DNA of 64,000 nt from Candidatus Nomurabacteria bacterium (lineage in GTDB: Bacteria > Patescibacteriota > Minisyncoccia > Phycocordibacterales > UBA5272): the NCBI GenBank assembly GCA_040376695.1, contig JBEIQD010000001.1:145437-209436 (forward strand), written 5' to 3'. The notes beneath the pieces were generated by a model that saw nothing but the letters and a program-made list of their open reading frames with translations, was not told where the DNA came from and searched no databases. Positions within the stretch are counted from its first letter, which is position 1. The number at the start of each line of letters is the position of its first letter. The translations under genes were made by a program, and so were the position numbers. This document shows positions 50,461 to 60,101 of the stretch, piece after piece.

Positions 50461-50623
50461 GGCTTTCTCCTTATTCAAAGTTGATGAAATCGGATTTTGT
50501 ACAAAGCAATAAGAGGATCCGACACCCCCCTCATCCACCATAACTCTATCATTCCCCTCTAGAAAATAAAAGTGTTATACACACCTAACGGAGAGAGAAC
50601 TTTTTTGTTACACTACAGCACAC

Positions 50624-51106
50624 ATGAATACTTCTTCTCTCGTGGAATACGCACTCACCTATCCAGCTCTTCCACTCTCTGTCGCTCTTGTCATCCTCCT
50701 CGTGTATGTTATCTATCTTCACTATAAAATATCTGTCTTCACTCGTGGAGAAAATGCAAAGAGCCTTGAGTCTGTTATTCGCACTTACCTTGACCGAGTG
50801 GATGACCTGAAAAAGCATGACGAACTCATTGCTGAACATGCTCTTAAATTAGACAAGCGCCTCTCACAATCTATTAGAAACGTATCAACAATGCGATTCA
50901 AAGCTTTTGATCAAAATGGAAGCAACCAATCATTTGCCGTAGCGCTCGTGAATGAGCTAGGAAATGGACTCATTTTATCTTCACTTCACCATCGAGACCG
51001 CGTATCTGTTTTTGCAAAACCAGTTTCAGGGTATACAAGCACACATGACCTCACCGAAGAAGAGCAAGCAGTACTCGAAGAGTCCAAACAAGCTCATAAG
51101 AACTAA
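50624..51106 (+). CDS. DUF4446 family protein
   Basis: TM, coiled coil, RFKAF..NQSFAVAL..GNGLILSSL..FAKP. Confidence 0.8.
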   Translation: MNTSSLVEYALTYPALPLSVALVILLVYVIYLHYKISVFTRGENAKSLESVIRTYLDRVDDLKKHDELIAEHALKLDKRLSQSIRNVSTMRFKAFDQNGSNQSFAVALVNELGNGLILSSLHHRDRVSVFAKPVSGYTSTHDLTEEEQAVLEESKQAHKN

Positions 51107-51161
51107 GCCTTACAGAGATAGGCATCTTTACATTTTCGTGCTATAATTGTGTCATTATTTT

Positions 51162-52679
51162 ATGCCTACAAACACCCTAAAACAGGAGATAGTTTCTCGT
51201 CAGCCAGTTATTGCGGTTCTTGGTCATGTTGACCATGGAAAATCATCCCTCTTAGATTTCATTCGTAAATCAAACGTGGTGGACGGTGAAGCAGGCGGTA
51301 TCACACAGCGTATTTCTTCATATGAAGTACAGCACACGACTACGGACGGACGAATCTTGCCTATTACCTTCCTGGATACACCAGGACATGAAGCATTCCA
51401 GTCTATGCGTGAACGTGGTGTAGAAATCGCAGATATTGCAATCTTGATCGTTTCTGCTGAAGACGGCGTGAAAGCTCAGACACTTGAAGCGTGGAAAACT
51501 ATTGAATCTCATAAACTTCCATATGTTGTTGCAATCAACAAAATCGATAAGCCAGGAGCTGATATTCAGAAAACAAAAAACTCTCTTGTTGAAAATGGAA
51601 TCTATATTGAAGGGTACGGAGGTGAAGTACCGTGTGTAGAAATTTCTGCAAAGTCAGGACAAGGAATTGATTTCCTTCTTGAGACACTTCTCCTTGTGGT
51701 TGAGGTGAACGACCTTAAAGCAAATCTAGGAACAGATGCTACTGGGTATGTACTTGAAAGTTTCGTAGACCAAAAGCGTGGTATCTCAGCAGCACTCATC
51801 ATTAAAGATGGGACGCTTCCAGCATCTGGTTCTATTTTGGCCGGCACAGCACTTTCCCCTATTCGTATCATCGAAGACTTCATGGGTAAAACAATCAAGA
51901 ACCCACACGCAGGTCAGCCAATAAAAGTTACAGGTTTTGACGAAGCCCCTCTTGCTGGTTCACTTTTCATTTCATCTGCTGATAAAAAAGTAATGGAAAA
52001 ACTAAAAGCTGAAGCACAATCAAACGCTGTGCAAACAGTACTTGACCCTCGTCTTTACAGAAACGCTAAGGTAGTTATTCCTATTGTTGTTAAGGCTGAC
52101 TCACTCGGAACACTATCAGCTGTGATTCGCGAACTACAAAAGCGCGAAACTGAACACGTAAAGATAAAAATCATCGGACAAGGAATTGGACAAATCACAG
52201 AAGGAGATATTATCCAAGCCTCATCAGATGAGAAAGTTCTTATCATTGGATTTGCTGTGAAGGTTGATGGTAAGGCCCGAGAGCAAGCAGAGCGCTTCAA
52301 TGTGGTTCCTGAGACATTTGATATTATTTACAAACTATCTGAATGGTTCGACACTGTAGTGCTTGATCGTCTTCCGTATGAAGAAAAAGAAGTTGTGCTT
52401 GGAACACTTAAGGTTCTTAAGACATTCAGTACACAGAAAGATAAGCATGTTATTGGAGGTCGTGTAGAAACTGGTCGCATTGCACTTAACTCTCTTGTAA
52501 AGATTATTCGCCGAGGTGTAGACATGGGGCGCGGACGTATTGTTGAGCTTCAATCACAGAAGCTCAAGGCTCAGGAAGTGATTGAAGGAAATGAGTGTGG
52601 TCTTATGGTTGAAACAAAAATTGAAATGATTCCATCTGATGTTCTTGAGTCAATCCAGATAGAAAAAACTAGAATCTAA
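51162..52679 (+). CDS. infB: Translation initiation factor IF-2 (no N-terminal domain)
   Basis: GHVDHGKS, DTPGHEAF, NKID; starts just before the G domain. Confidence 0.95.
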   Translation: MPTNTLKQEIVSRQPVIAVLGHVDHGKSSLLDFIRKSNVVDGEAGGITQRISSYEVQHTTTDGRILPITFLDTPGHEAFQSMRERGVEIADIAILIVSAEDGVKAQTLEAWKTIESHKLPYVVAINKIDKPGADIQKTKNSLVENGIYIEGYGGEVPCVEISAKSGQGIDFLLETLLLVVEVNDLKANLGTDATGYVLESFVDQKRGISAALIIKDGTLPASGSILAGTALSPIRIIEDFMGKTIKNPHAGQPIKVTGFDEAPLAGSLFISSADKKVMEKLKAEAQSNAVQTVLDPRLYRNAKVVIPIVVKADSLGTLSAVIRELQKRETEHVKIKIIGQGIGQITEGDIIQASSDEKVLIIGFAVKVDGKAREQAERFNVVPETFDIIYKLSEWFDTVVLDRLPYEEKEVVLGTLKVLKTFSTQKDKHVIGGRVETGRIALNSLVKIIRRGVDMGRGRIVELQSQKLKAQEVIEGNECGLMVETKIEMIPSDVLESIQIEKTRI

Positions 52680-52683
52680 GTAT

Positions 52684-53088
52684 ATGTTTACACAAGGAGC
52701 AGACAAAGGCCCTAGCCAGCGCCAAACAAAAGTGAGTCTTGAAATCTTGAGTCTAGTACAAGATTTCTTTCAGCGTGAATCATCAGGTCTTTCACTGATG
52801 ACCATCACTCGTTGCGAAGTATCACCAGACATGCGCCAAGGAACTATTTACATGACAGTGCTTCCGGTGGACAAAGAACAGGCGGCGCTTGATTTTGCTC
52901 GTCGTATGCGAACAGACATGCGTAAATACGTAATGAAGCGACTCCCTGTAAAAGTGATTCCATTCTTTGAAGTAGAAATTGACTACGGAGAGAAAAATCG
53001 TCAACATATCGACGAACTTCTCAGAAACGAAAAAATTAAAGACAAAGAGCTTGGAAAACCTGAAACGGAAGATGAACCTCAAGCTTAA
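52684..53088 (+). CDS. rbfA: Ribosome-binding factor A
   Basis: TITRCEVSPD, KVIP..E; follows infB. Confidence 0.85.
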   Translation: MFTQGADKGPSQRQTKVSLEILSLVQDFFQRESSGLSLMTITRCEVSPDMRQGTIYMTVLPVDKEQAALDFARRMRTDMRKYVMKRLPVKVIPFFEVEIDYGEKNRQHIDELLRNEKIKDKELGKPETEDEPQA

Positions 53089-53175
53089 ATAAGATTCCGA
53101 GTAATCCTCACAAGATGCTCGGCATTTTATTTTCCAAAAAGCCCAATATGTGTTAAAGTTACATGGTTTATATAT

Positions 53176-53257
53176 GCCCGGGTGGCGAAATTGGTAGACG
53201 CACTTGCCTTAGGAGCAAGCGAGGCAACTCATGAAGGTTCAAGTCCTTTCCCGGGCA
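53176..53257 (+). tRNA. tRNA-Leu(TAG)
   Basis: CTTGC-CTTAGGA-GCAAG, variable arm, GTTCAAGTCC. Confidence 0.95.
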
Positions 53258-53261
53258 CACA

Positions 53262-53939
53262 ATGATTATCCCTGTTATATTCGAGGATGAAAACATACTT
53301 GTTATAGATAAGCCGTCAGGTGTCGTAGTACACCCTTTTGACTTTTCTGATGAAGAAACTGTTCTAGATTTTTTACATGAACACGTTCCTTTAATGTTTT
53401 CTATCATAAACTCTATAACCCTTCAAGATGGGAGAATTATTCCCTTGGGCGGTATTGTTCATAAACTAGACAGAGAAACATCTGGCATTATGGTTGTAGC
53501 AAAAAATGAAGCCACTTTTATGGAACTCAAAAAAGAATTCTTGACTCATACCACTACAAAAAAATATATTGCTTTGGTTGAGGGTGTTATAGAAAAGGAA
53601 ACCTACACTATAGACGCACCACTTGGAAGAAATAAAAAAGAATACAAACAATCAGTTAACCCAATTAATCCAAGAGGAGAGCTTCGTTCCGCCATTACAG
53701 AGGTAAAGGTTTTACACAGAAATAAAGATACAACACTAGTAGAACTCACCCCTCTAACAGGCCGCACACATCAGTTACGTGCGCATATGTCGTATAATGG
53801 TCATCCTATTATTGGAGATATCGCCTACGGTAGTACTATTAAGGATTCGCGTATCATGCTACATGCATATTCGCTTTCTTTCATACTGGGCGGAGAAGAA
53901 AGAATATTTACAGCTAAACCTTCTGCGGAATTTAGATAG
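53262..53939 (+). CDS. RluA-family pseudouridine synthase
   Basis: DKPSGVVVHP, VHKLDRETSG, TGRTHQLRAH. Confidence 0.93.
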   Translation: MIIPVIFEDENILVIDKPSGVVVHPFDFSDEETVLDFLHEHVPLMFSIINSITLQDGRIIPLGGIVHKLDRETSGIMVVAKNEATFMELKKEFLTHTTTKKYIALVEGVIEKETYTIDAPLGRNKKEYKQSVNPINPRGELRSAITEVKVLHRNKDTTLVELTPLTGRTHQLRAHMSYNGHPIIGDIAYGSTIKDSRIMLHAYSLSFILGGEERIFTAKPSAEFR

Positions 53940-53974
53940 TAAAAGACCTCCCTGTTGTGGGAGGTCTTTTACTA
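53937..53974. terminator. Bidirectional terminator
   Basis: AAAAGACCTCCC-TGTTGT-GGGAGGTCTTTT. Confidence 0.85.
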
Positions 53975-53983
53975 TCTATCGTG

Positions 53984-54056
53984 TGTCCCCAGAAGGGATC
54001 GAACCTTCGACCTGCGGATTAAGAGTCCGATGCTCTACCAGCTGAGCTATAGGGAC
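53984..54056 (-). tRNA. tRNA-Lys(CTT)
   Basis: GTCCCTATAGCTCAGCTGGTAGAGC..CGGA-CTCTTAA-TCCG..GTTCGATCC. Confidence 0.95.
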
Positions 54057-54166
54057 ATTGACACACGCAGAACACTATACCATAGTATGAAAAACTTTTC
54101 TAGATATGCTAGTATAGTATCTATTATGAGGGCGGAACCAAGGGGTTCCGCCCTCAATAAAAGAAT

Positions 54167-54240
54167 GACGCAGTGGCGAAGTGGCCTAACGCTGCGGTTT
54201 GCAAAACCGCCATTCGCGGGTTCGACTCCCGCCTGCGTCT
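54167..54240 (+). tRNA. tRNA-Cys(GCA)
   Basis: GCGGT-TTGCAAA-ACCGC; U73 discriminator. Confidence 0.95.
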
Positions 54241-54266
54241 CACTCTATAAATGGTATACTTTTAAT

Positions 54267-54860
54267 ATGAAAAAGTATTTTCCACACGTATTACTTGGTG
54301 CGTACATTCTCGAATTTCTTGTACTAGCCATTAATCCAATCGACAGACCTACCTGGTGGGTGGAAAATCTTACCATTCTTCCAATCGTAACCGTTCTGGT
54401 TGTGCTCTATATAAAAAAGATTAGGTTTTCAAATACCGCGTATGCGCTTATGTCGGTACTTATCTTCATGCACACCTTTGGTGGGCACTATACGTTCGCA
54501 CTCACTCCGTTTGACTGGTTTAATAATTTCTTTGGATTTGAACGTAACATGTACGACCGTGTTGCACATGCAAGTGTAGGACTATATTCATACGCAATTA
54601 TAGAAATACTACTAAAGTATAAAGTTGTTACTAAAAGATGGTTTGCATATTTTTCGGCGATTGCCATGATTATTGCTCTTGCTGGACTTTATGAAATATT
54701 TGAATGGTGGTTTGCAATTTCAGCAGATCCAGAAGCTGGCATTGCCGTACTCGGAGCTCAGGGAGATATTTGGGATGCGCAAAAAGATATGCTGATGGAT
54801 ACTATGGGAGGACTTCTGGGTGCAGCAACATACTTCTTCTGGAATAGAAGCGATAAGTAG
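54267..54860 (+). CDS. DUF2238/YjdF family membrane protein
   Basis: WWVEN, GGHYTF, RNMYDRVAH, YEIFEW, QGDIWDAQKDM; start moved to ATG 54267. Confidence 0.9.
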   Translation: MKKYFPHVLLGAYILEFLVLAINPIDRPTWWVENLTILPIVTVLVVLYIKKIRFSNTAYALMSVLIFMHTFGGHYTFALTPFDWFNNFFGFERNMYDRVAHASVGLYSYAIIEILLKYKVVTKRWFAYFSAIAMIIALAGLYEIFEWWFAISADPEAGIAVLGAQGDIWDAQKDMLMDTMGGLLGAATYFFWNRSDK

Positions 54861-54890
54861 AGTGTGCTAGAATACAGCCTATAAAACCCT

Positions 54891-54973
54891 GCCCGGGTGA
54901 TGGAATGGTAGACATAGAGGACTTAAAATCCTCGGCTGGTTACAGCGTGCGGGTTCGAGTCCCGCCCTGGGCA
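54891..54973 (+). tRNA. tRNA-Leu(TAA)
   Basis: GAGGA-CTTAAAA-TCCTC, variable arm, GTTCGAGTCC. Confidence 0.95.
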
Positions 54974-55088
54974 CATTTACATGTCGCAATATTTTTGCAA
55001 TCTGTACAGATTGTCTTTTCTGTTTTTTGATGGCAGTATGATGTGCAATTGTTCATTGTGAACCAAACCACTTCAAGGGAGAAAAGGT

Positions 55089-56249
55089 ATGCAATTCCCA
55101 AACATTACCAAGGGTCAAGGGTTTTGGATTTCAATCCCCTTTATTGCGATTTATTGTCTGGTCTTTTATCTCTACAACATCTGGAAACTAGACCAAACTC
55201 CGACGTTAGACATGTGGAGCACACGAATCTTTCTGGTTGGGGCGATACTGCATATGATGCTGTATCTCCGTGATGGCGGATGGCTGACCTACGGGAGCAA
55301 AAGAACTAATACGTTTTGGTCAGACGGTGTGTGTTTTGCACCAAATTTTCTGCACTTCACGGTTCAAGCCTTTAACTTTGCCTGTTTCTGGGGAATTCAA
55401 ACCGACGACGTCGACACTAGACAGCAAAATAATGTCGACGTCGTTGTGAGTCCTTTCCTTGCTAGCACAAAACACAACGTATCAATGTCTCACACCGCAT
55501 CGGTGATCGATCGCAGTATCACAGCTTTTCTTGTATGGCTCCTTGTTGGCTGGAAAAAAGGTGAAGGGCATTTAACAATGATGCGTTTTGGATTTCGTCT
55601 CATGCTTGTGGGCTATGCTCTAGCAACCGCATCTGCCCTCTGGAATCATGGAGCAAAAGAAGTTTCAAAGTTCACGGCACAGGGAAACTCTGCAGTTAAT
55701 GCGGCTGTACACGAAAGCATAAACACTCTTAGTGGTGCACTTGGGGTTACGCCCCCTGTGTCCCAACAAGATACAAAAGTTGCTGTTTTCGTTCAGTTGG
55801 ATATCGGGACACAACCCATCATTCCAAACGAAGAAGACTTTACTCCAGCGCCTGACGATGAAGCTATCTACTACGTGATGATTGACGGAGATTCCAGAAA
55901 GTATTTCCTATACCCTCATACAAGGGGTACCGAAGTTGCAGTTTTGAAAATTGAAAAAAATAGCTGCGCAATCATTCCCGCAGGGAAAAACCTTGTCCTT
56001 GATTCTGCCTCACCCCCTGTTTACGCGCTTAATATGGAGTCCCCTGTGTGGTACAGAAAAAAGGTTGGCGCTTTGAGTTTCTTAGAAAAAATTGAGTTGA
56101 AAGTTCTTCGAAGCAGTTCAATATACGTCACTGACAATTCATGGCATTTTGTCAATAATAATTGGCACACTGTGCAAACATTGTCCGCAACAGCTCTGCA
56201 AAAAACATCACTTAACAAAGGGTCTCATGGTGGTGTTGTATGCTTCTAA
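55089..56249 (+). CDS. Orphan membrane protein with exported C-terminal domain
   Basis: 386 aa, several N-terminal TM segments; GGGAG..AAGG leader; downstream of tRNA-Leu. Confidence 0.7.
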   Translation: MQFPNITKGQGFWISIPFIAIYCLVFYLYNIWKLDQTPTLDMWSTRIFLVGAILHMMLYLRDGGWLTYGSKRTNTFWSDGVCFAPNFLHFTVQAFNFACFWGIQTDDVDTRQQNNVDVVVSPFLASTKHNVSMSHTASVIDRSITAFLVWLLVGWKKGEGHLTMMRFGFRLMLVGYALATASALWNHGAKEVSKFTAQGNSAVNAAVHESINTLSGALGVTPPVSQQDTKVAVFVQLDIGTQPIIPNEEDFTPAPDDEAIYYVMIDGDSRKYFLYPHTRGTEVAVLKIEKNSCAIIPAGKNLVLDSASPPVYALNMESPVWYRKKVGALSFLEKIELKVLRSSSIYVTDNSWHFVNNNWHTVQTLSATALQKTSLNKGSHGGVVCF

Positions 56250-56251
56250 CC

Positions 56252-56277
56252 AAACAACCGACGATCGTCGGTTGTTT
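56252..56277 (+). terminator. Terminator (perfect 26-bp palindrome)
   Basis: AAACAACCGACGA|TCGTCGGTTGTTT plus T-run. Confidence 0.85.
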
Positions 56278-56330
56278 TTTATTCTAGATGTCCCTTGTTG
56301 TAAACACTGATACTCTAGTATTATTTTTAT

Positions 56331-57227
56331 ATGCCCTTTCCTCTTTCAATTATCCCGCGTGAAGAATTTAAAAATCATCCACTTCTTGCGCGCTTACTTG
56401 AACTTCATGATGTACCTGAACAACTCTATGTTGCAGGAGCACTTCCAGAAATAACACTCGACACATACGGGCGGGCGACTCCGCGTATTCTCACCGTAAT
56501 CGGTTCACGCAAATATACAAGCTACGGAAAACTCGCTGTAGAAAAATTACTCGGTTCACTTCGTGGAGAGCCTGTTATTATTCTTTCTGGTCTTGCACTT
56601 GGTATTGACGGATTAAGTCATGAAGCAGCTTTAACAAATAAACTCACTACTATGGCGATTCCTGGAAGCGGGCTTGATACTAAAGTTATTTACCCGCGAA
56701 CACACCTAGGACTAGCTGAACAAATTGTTTCTTCAGGTGGCGTACTACTCTCAGAATTTGCACCAGAGATGCAAGCTGCGCAATGGACGTTCCCTGCACG
56801 CAACCGTATTATGGCAGCACTATCAGACGCCCTCTTTGTTGTTGAAGCAACAGAAAAGTCAGGCACGCTTATAACGGCACGACAAGCACTTGAATTAGGG
56901 CGTGATATAGGAGCGCTTCCTGGGGATATTTTTTCCGAATCCTCCTACGGAACAAACATGCTCATTAAAGAAGGAGCCTATATCCTGCGCAATGCTGATG
57001 ATCTTCATGATCTTCTTCATCTAGAAAAAAGAGAAGAAAAAGAAGTGGAGCAGGTATACTCAAAAGAAGAAAAGAAAATTTTAGATTTACTTAACGAGCC
57101 TTTAGAAAAAGACACATTACTTGTACAAAGCGAACTCCCTCCTGATCAATTTCTTATGACACTTTCTTCCCTCGAAATAAAAGGTTGCATACAGGAAACA
57201 TTTGGCGAAGTTAGAAAAGTAGTGTAA
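56331..57227 (+). CDS. dprA: DNA-processing protein DprA
   Basis: VIGSR, SGLALGIDG, FPARNRIMAALS, SGTLITA. Confidence 0.95.
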   Translation: MPFPLSIIPREEFKNHPLLARLLELHDVPEQLYVAGALPEITLDTYGRATPRILTVIGSRKYTSYGKLAVEKLLGSLRGEPVIILSGLALGIDGLSHEAALTNKLTTMAIPGSGLDTKVIYPRTHLGLAEQIVSSGGVLLSEFAPEMQAAQWTFPARNRIMAALSDALFVVEATEKSGTLITARQALELGRDIGALPGDIFSESSYGTNMLIKEGAYILRNADDLHDLLHLEKREEKEVEQVYSKEEKKILDLLNEPLEKDTLLVQSELPPDQFLMTLSSLEIKGCIQETFGEVRKVV

Positions 57228-57241
57228 TGTACGAATGACTC

Positions 57242-59464
57242 ATGAAACTATTAATTGTAGAAAGCCCATCGAAAGCAAAGACCATCGCTAAATATCTCGG
57301 CGGTGAATTTGAAGTACGTGCCTCTGTTGGACACATACGTGATCTTCCTAAATCAAACAAGAAAGCTATCGACATTGAAGGTGGTTTTATTCCGCACTAC
57401 GAAATCTCTGCAGGAAAAGAAAAAATAGTAGAAGAACTTAAAATGCTTTCAAAGAAAGCTACTACAGTATTACTCGCAACCGACCCCGACCGTGAAGGAG
57501 AAGCTATTGCGTGGCATATTAAAGAAGCCATTGGGCTTAAGAATGCTAAGCGTGTAGCCTTCCATGAAATTACTGAAAGCGCTATTAAAGAAGCCATTAA
57601 ACAACCTCGAGAAATAGACAATAACTTAAAGGAAGCCCAAGAAGCTCGTCGTGTGCTTGATCGCTTGGTGGGATACGATCTTTCAGGCATCATCTGGAAA
57701 AAAGTTCGTTACGGGCTTTCTGCTGGACGAGTACAATCCCCTGCGCTTCGTATTGTTATGGAACGTGAAAGAGAAATCAGAGCGTTCATCCCTGTAACAT
57801 ACTTCGTACTAGCTGGTGAATGGAAAACAGAGGGAAGAATGAAGGAAAGTAAGAGCTACACACTCGCAATGGAGTGTGAAGTTGAACCTACTGTACAAGG
57901 AGAAGCAGAGCGCATCGTCTCTCTTGGACGTAAACATGCATGGGAAGTAACAGCGCTCGATGGATCAGATGTATCACGTTCGCCACGTGCACCATTTACA
58001 ACTTCAACGCTGCAACAGACAGCATCGTCTCGTTTAGGATATGCACCATCACGTACCATGGGAATCGCTCAGAAACTATACGAAAAAGGTCTCATCACCT
58101 ACATGCGTACAGATTCGACAACTCTTTCAAGCACAGCCCTTGGTGAAATTGCTACAACGGTAGAAAATATTTTCGGAAAGAATTTCCTTGAGGTTCGAAC
58201 ATACAAAACAAAAGCAAAGAACGCACAGGAAGCCCACGAAGCTATTCGTCCAACACATGCGAGTGCGCGTAATGCTGGGACAACTGACGATGAAAAGAAG
58301 CTCTACTCTCTTATTTGGGAAAGAACAGTAGCAAGTCAAATGAAAGATGCGAAATTGAGACGCTCTAAAGTAATTGCAAATATTGTTAGATCTAAAGAAA
58401 CAATTCCAAACTTTTCAGTAACTGGTTCTGTGGTTACCTTCCAAGGGTGGCTTATGGCCGATCCTGATGCTAGAGGAGACGATGTACAGCTTCCAGAACT
58501 TACTGTGGGAAGCGCTCTTTCACTCACAACTCTTCAATCAATAGAAAAGCAAACCCAGCCACCTGCACGCTACTCTGAAGCTGGACTAATTAAGGAACTT
58601 GAAAAGCGAGGTATCGGACGACCTTCAACATACGCTTCTATCATTGGAACCATCGAAGCTCGCGGTTATGTAGAAAAAATAAATAAAGCACTTCATCCAA
58701 CTGATACAGGAGAAGTGGTTACCTCATTCCTCGAAGAACAGCTCGGTGAATATATTTCAGATACCTTTACCGCTGATATGGAAGACAAGCTCGACAAAAT
58801 CGCCAACGGAGAAGCGACATATCTGAAGACTCTTAAAGATTTCTACGGACCTTTTCTTAAGGATGTGAAATCAAAAGAAAAACTTGAGAAAGCAACAAAC
58901 TTAGGTGAAGCACCAGACGATATTCTTTGCCCTCTTTGTAATTCAAAGATGGTAATTAAACTTGCTCGTACAGGAAAGTTTTATTCTTGCGCGCGATACC
59001 CAGACTGTATGGGTGCCCGCAAACTCGATGGTAGTGTTATGGAAGGACCAAAGTCTCTTGGAAGAAAATGTCCTAAGTGTGGAGACATTGCTGGTAAAAA
59101 TGGTGGTGGAGAACTCATGGAGCGTGAAGGACGTTACGGAAAGTTCATCGCCTGTTCAAATTATCCTAAGTGTAAATATATTGAACAAGATGAAGAGGAA
59201 CGTAAAAAGAAATCTACAGGCATCTCATGTGGCTGGTGTGCAGATGGAGTGTTCGAAGAACGCCGAGGACGCTTCGGAGTGTTCTATTCATGTACCAACT
59301 ACCCCGATTGTAAGCATGCAATCAAAACAAAACCAACAGGTAACCGCTGTCCAATCTGTAAAGAACTCATGATGGAAGGAACAAAAACTATTCCAGAGAG
59401 ATGTTCAGACAAAACGTGTCCAATGCATAATCCACATAAGATGGGAGAAGTTGCCAAGAAATAA
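57242..59464 (+). CDS. topA: DNA topoisomerase I
   Basis: IVESPSKA, ATDPDREGE, SAGRVQS, ITYMRTD; C-terminal Zn ribbons. Confidence 0.97.
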   Translation: MKLLIVESPSKAKTIAKYLGGEFEVRASVGHIRDLPKSNKKAIDIEGGFIPHYEISAGKEKIVEELKMLSKKATTVLLATDPDREGEAIAWHIKEAIGLKNAKRVAFHEITESAIKEAIKQPREIDNNLKEAQEARRVLDRLVGYDLSGIIWKKVRYGLSAGRVQSPALRIVMEREREIRAFIPVTYFVLAGEWKTEGRMKESKSYTLAMECEVEPTVQGEAERIVSLGRKHAWEVTALDGSDVSRSPRAPFTTSTLQQTASSRLGYAPSRTMGIAQKLYEKGLITYMRTDSTTLSSTALGEIATTVENIFGKNFLEVRTYKTKAKNAQEAHEAIRPTHASARNAGTTDDEKKLYSLIWERTVASQMKDAKLRRSKVIANIVRSKETIPNFSVTGSVVTFQGWLMADPDARGDDVQLPELTVGSALSLTTLQSIEKQTQPPARYSEAGLIKELEKRGIGRPSTYASIIGTIEARGYVEKINKALHPTDTGEVVTSFLEEQLGEYISDTFTADMEDKLDKIANGEATYLKTLKDFYGPFLKDVKSKEKLEKATNLGEAPDDILCPLCNSKMVIKLARTGKFYSCARYPDCMGARKLDGSVMEGPKSLGRKCPKCGDIAGKNGGGELMEREGRYGKFIACSNYPKCKYIEQDEEERKKKSTGISCGWCADGVFEERRGRFGVFYSCTNYPDCKHAIKTKPTGNRCPICKELMMEGTKTIPERCSDKTCPMHNPHKMGEVAKK

Positions 59465-59466
59465 AC

Positions 59467-60063
59467 ATGTCGGTTAAAACTGAAACGGTTGATACGTATA
59501 ACAAAAGTGCAGCAGCACTTGCGAAAAAATTTAATGCAATTGGCGCACGGGTTGAAGATATCGAATATGTTTTTTCTTACTGCGGGAAAAGTAATCCTTT
59601 TGTACTAGAAATTGGCTGCGGAAATGGAAGAGATGCGCAAGAAATAATTAAACGAACTAATAACTATCTTGGTATTGATATTTCTCAAGAACTACTTAAT
59701 ATTGCGCAAAAGAGTCTCCCAGAAACAATATTTACAGTTGCCGATGTAGAAGAGTTTACATTTCCACAAGATATTGATATCGTCTTTGCTTTTGCTTCTC
59801 TCATTCATGTTCCCAAAGAAGGTTTTTTTAACATTATGGAACAACTCTTTGAATCTGTCACAAAACACGGACTTGTGTTTGTCTCTCTTAAATATTCAGA
59901 TGTATACGAGCAAGTGACAAAAGAAGATGAATTTGGAACTCGTACGTATTGGCATTACTCACAAAGTGATGTTCAAAATCTGGCTGCTGGTTTTACGGTT
60001 GCACATACAAGCATTCAAGAAATTGCAGGACAAATGTGGATCGATGTTTTGTATCAAAAATAA
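59467..60063 (+). CDS. Class I SAM-dependent methyltransferase
   Basis: VLEIGCGNGRD, GIDIS, ASLIHV. Confidence 0.88.
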   Translation: MSVKTETVDTYNKSAAALAKKFNAIGARVEDIEYVFSYCGKSNPFVLEIGCGNGRDAQEIIKRTNNYLGIDISQELLNIAQKSLPETIFTVADVEEFTFPQDIDIVFAFASLIHVPKEGFFNIMEQLFESVTKHGLVFVSLKYSDVYEQVTKEDEFGTRTYWHYSQSDVQNLAAGFTVAHTSIQEIAGQMWIDVLYQK

Positions 60064-60101
60064 ATTCTTGAAAACATTCTTTGCTGTGGTATTGTAAAGA
60101 G

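Noticed and set aside
53955-54266. N-terminal extension of the 301-aa ORF
   Set aside because: Overlaps tRNA-Lys and tRNA-Cys; the real start is ATG 54267 after a -10 box
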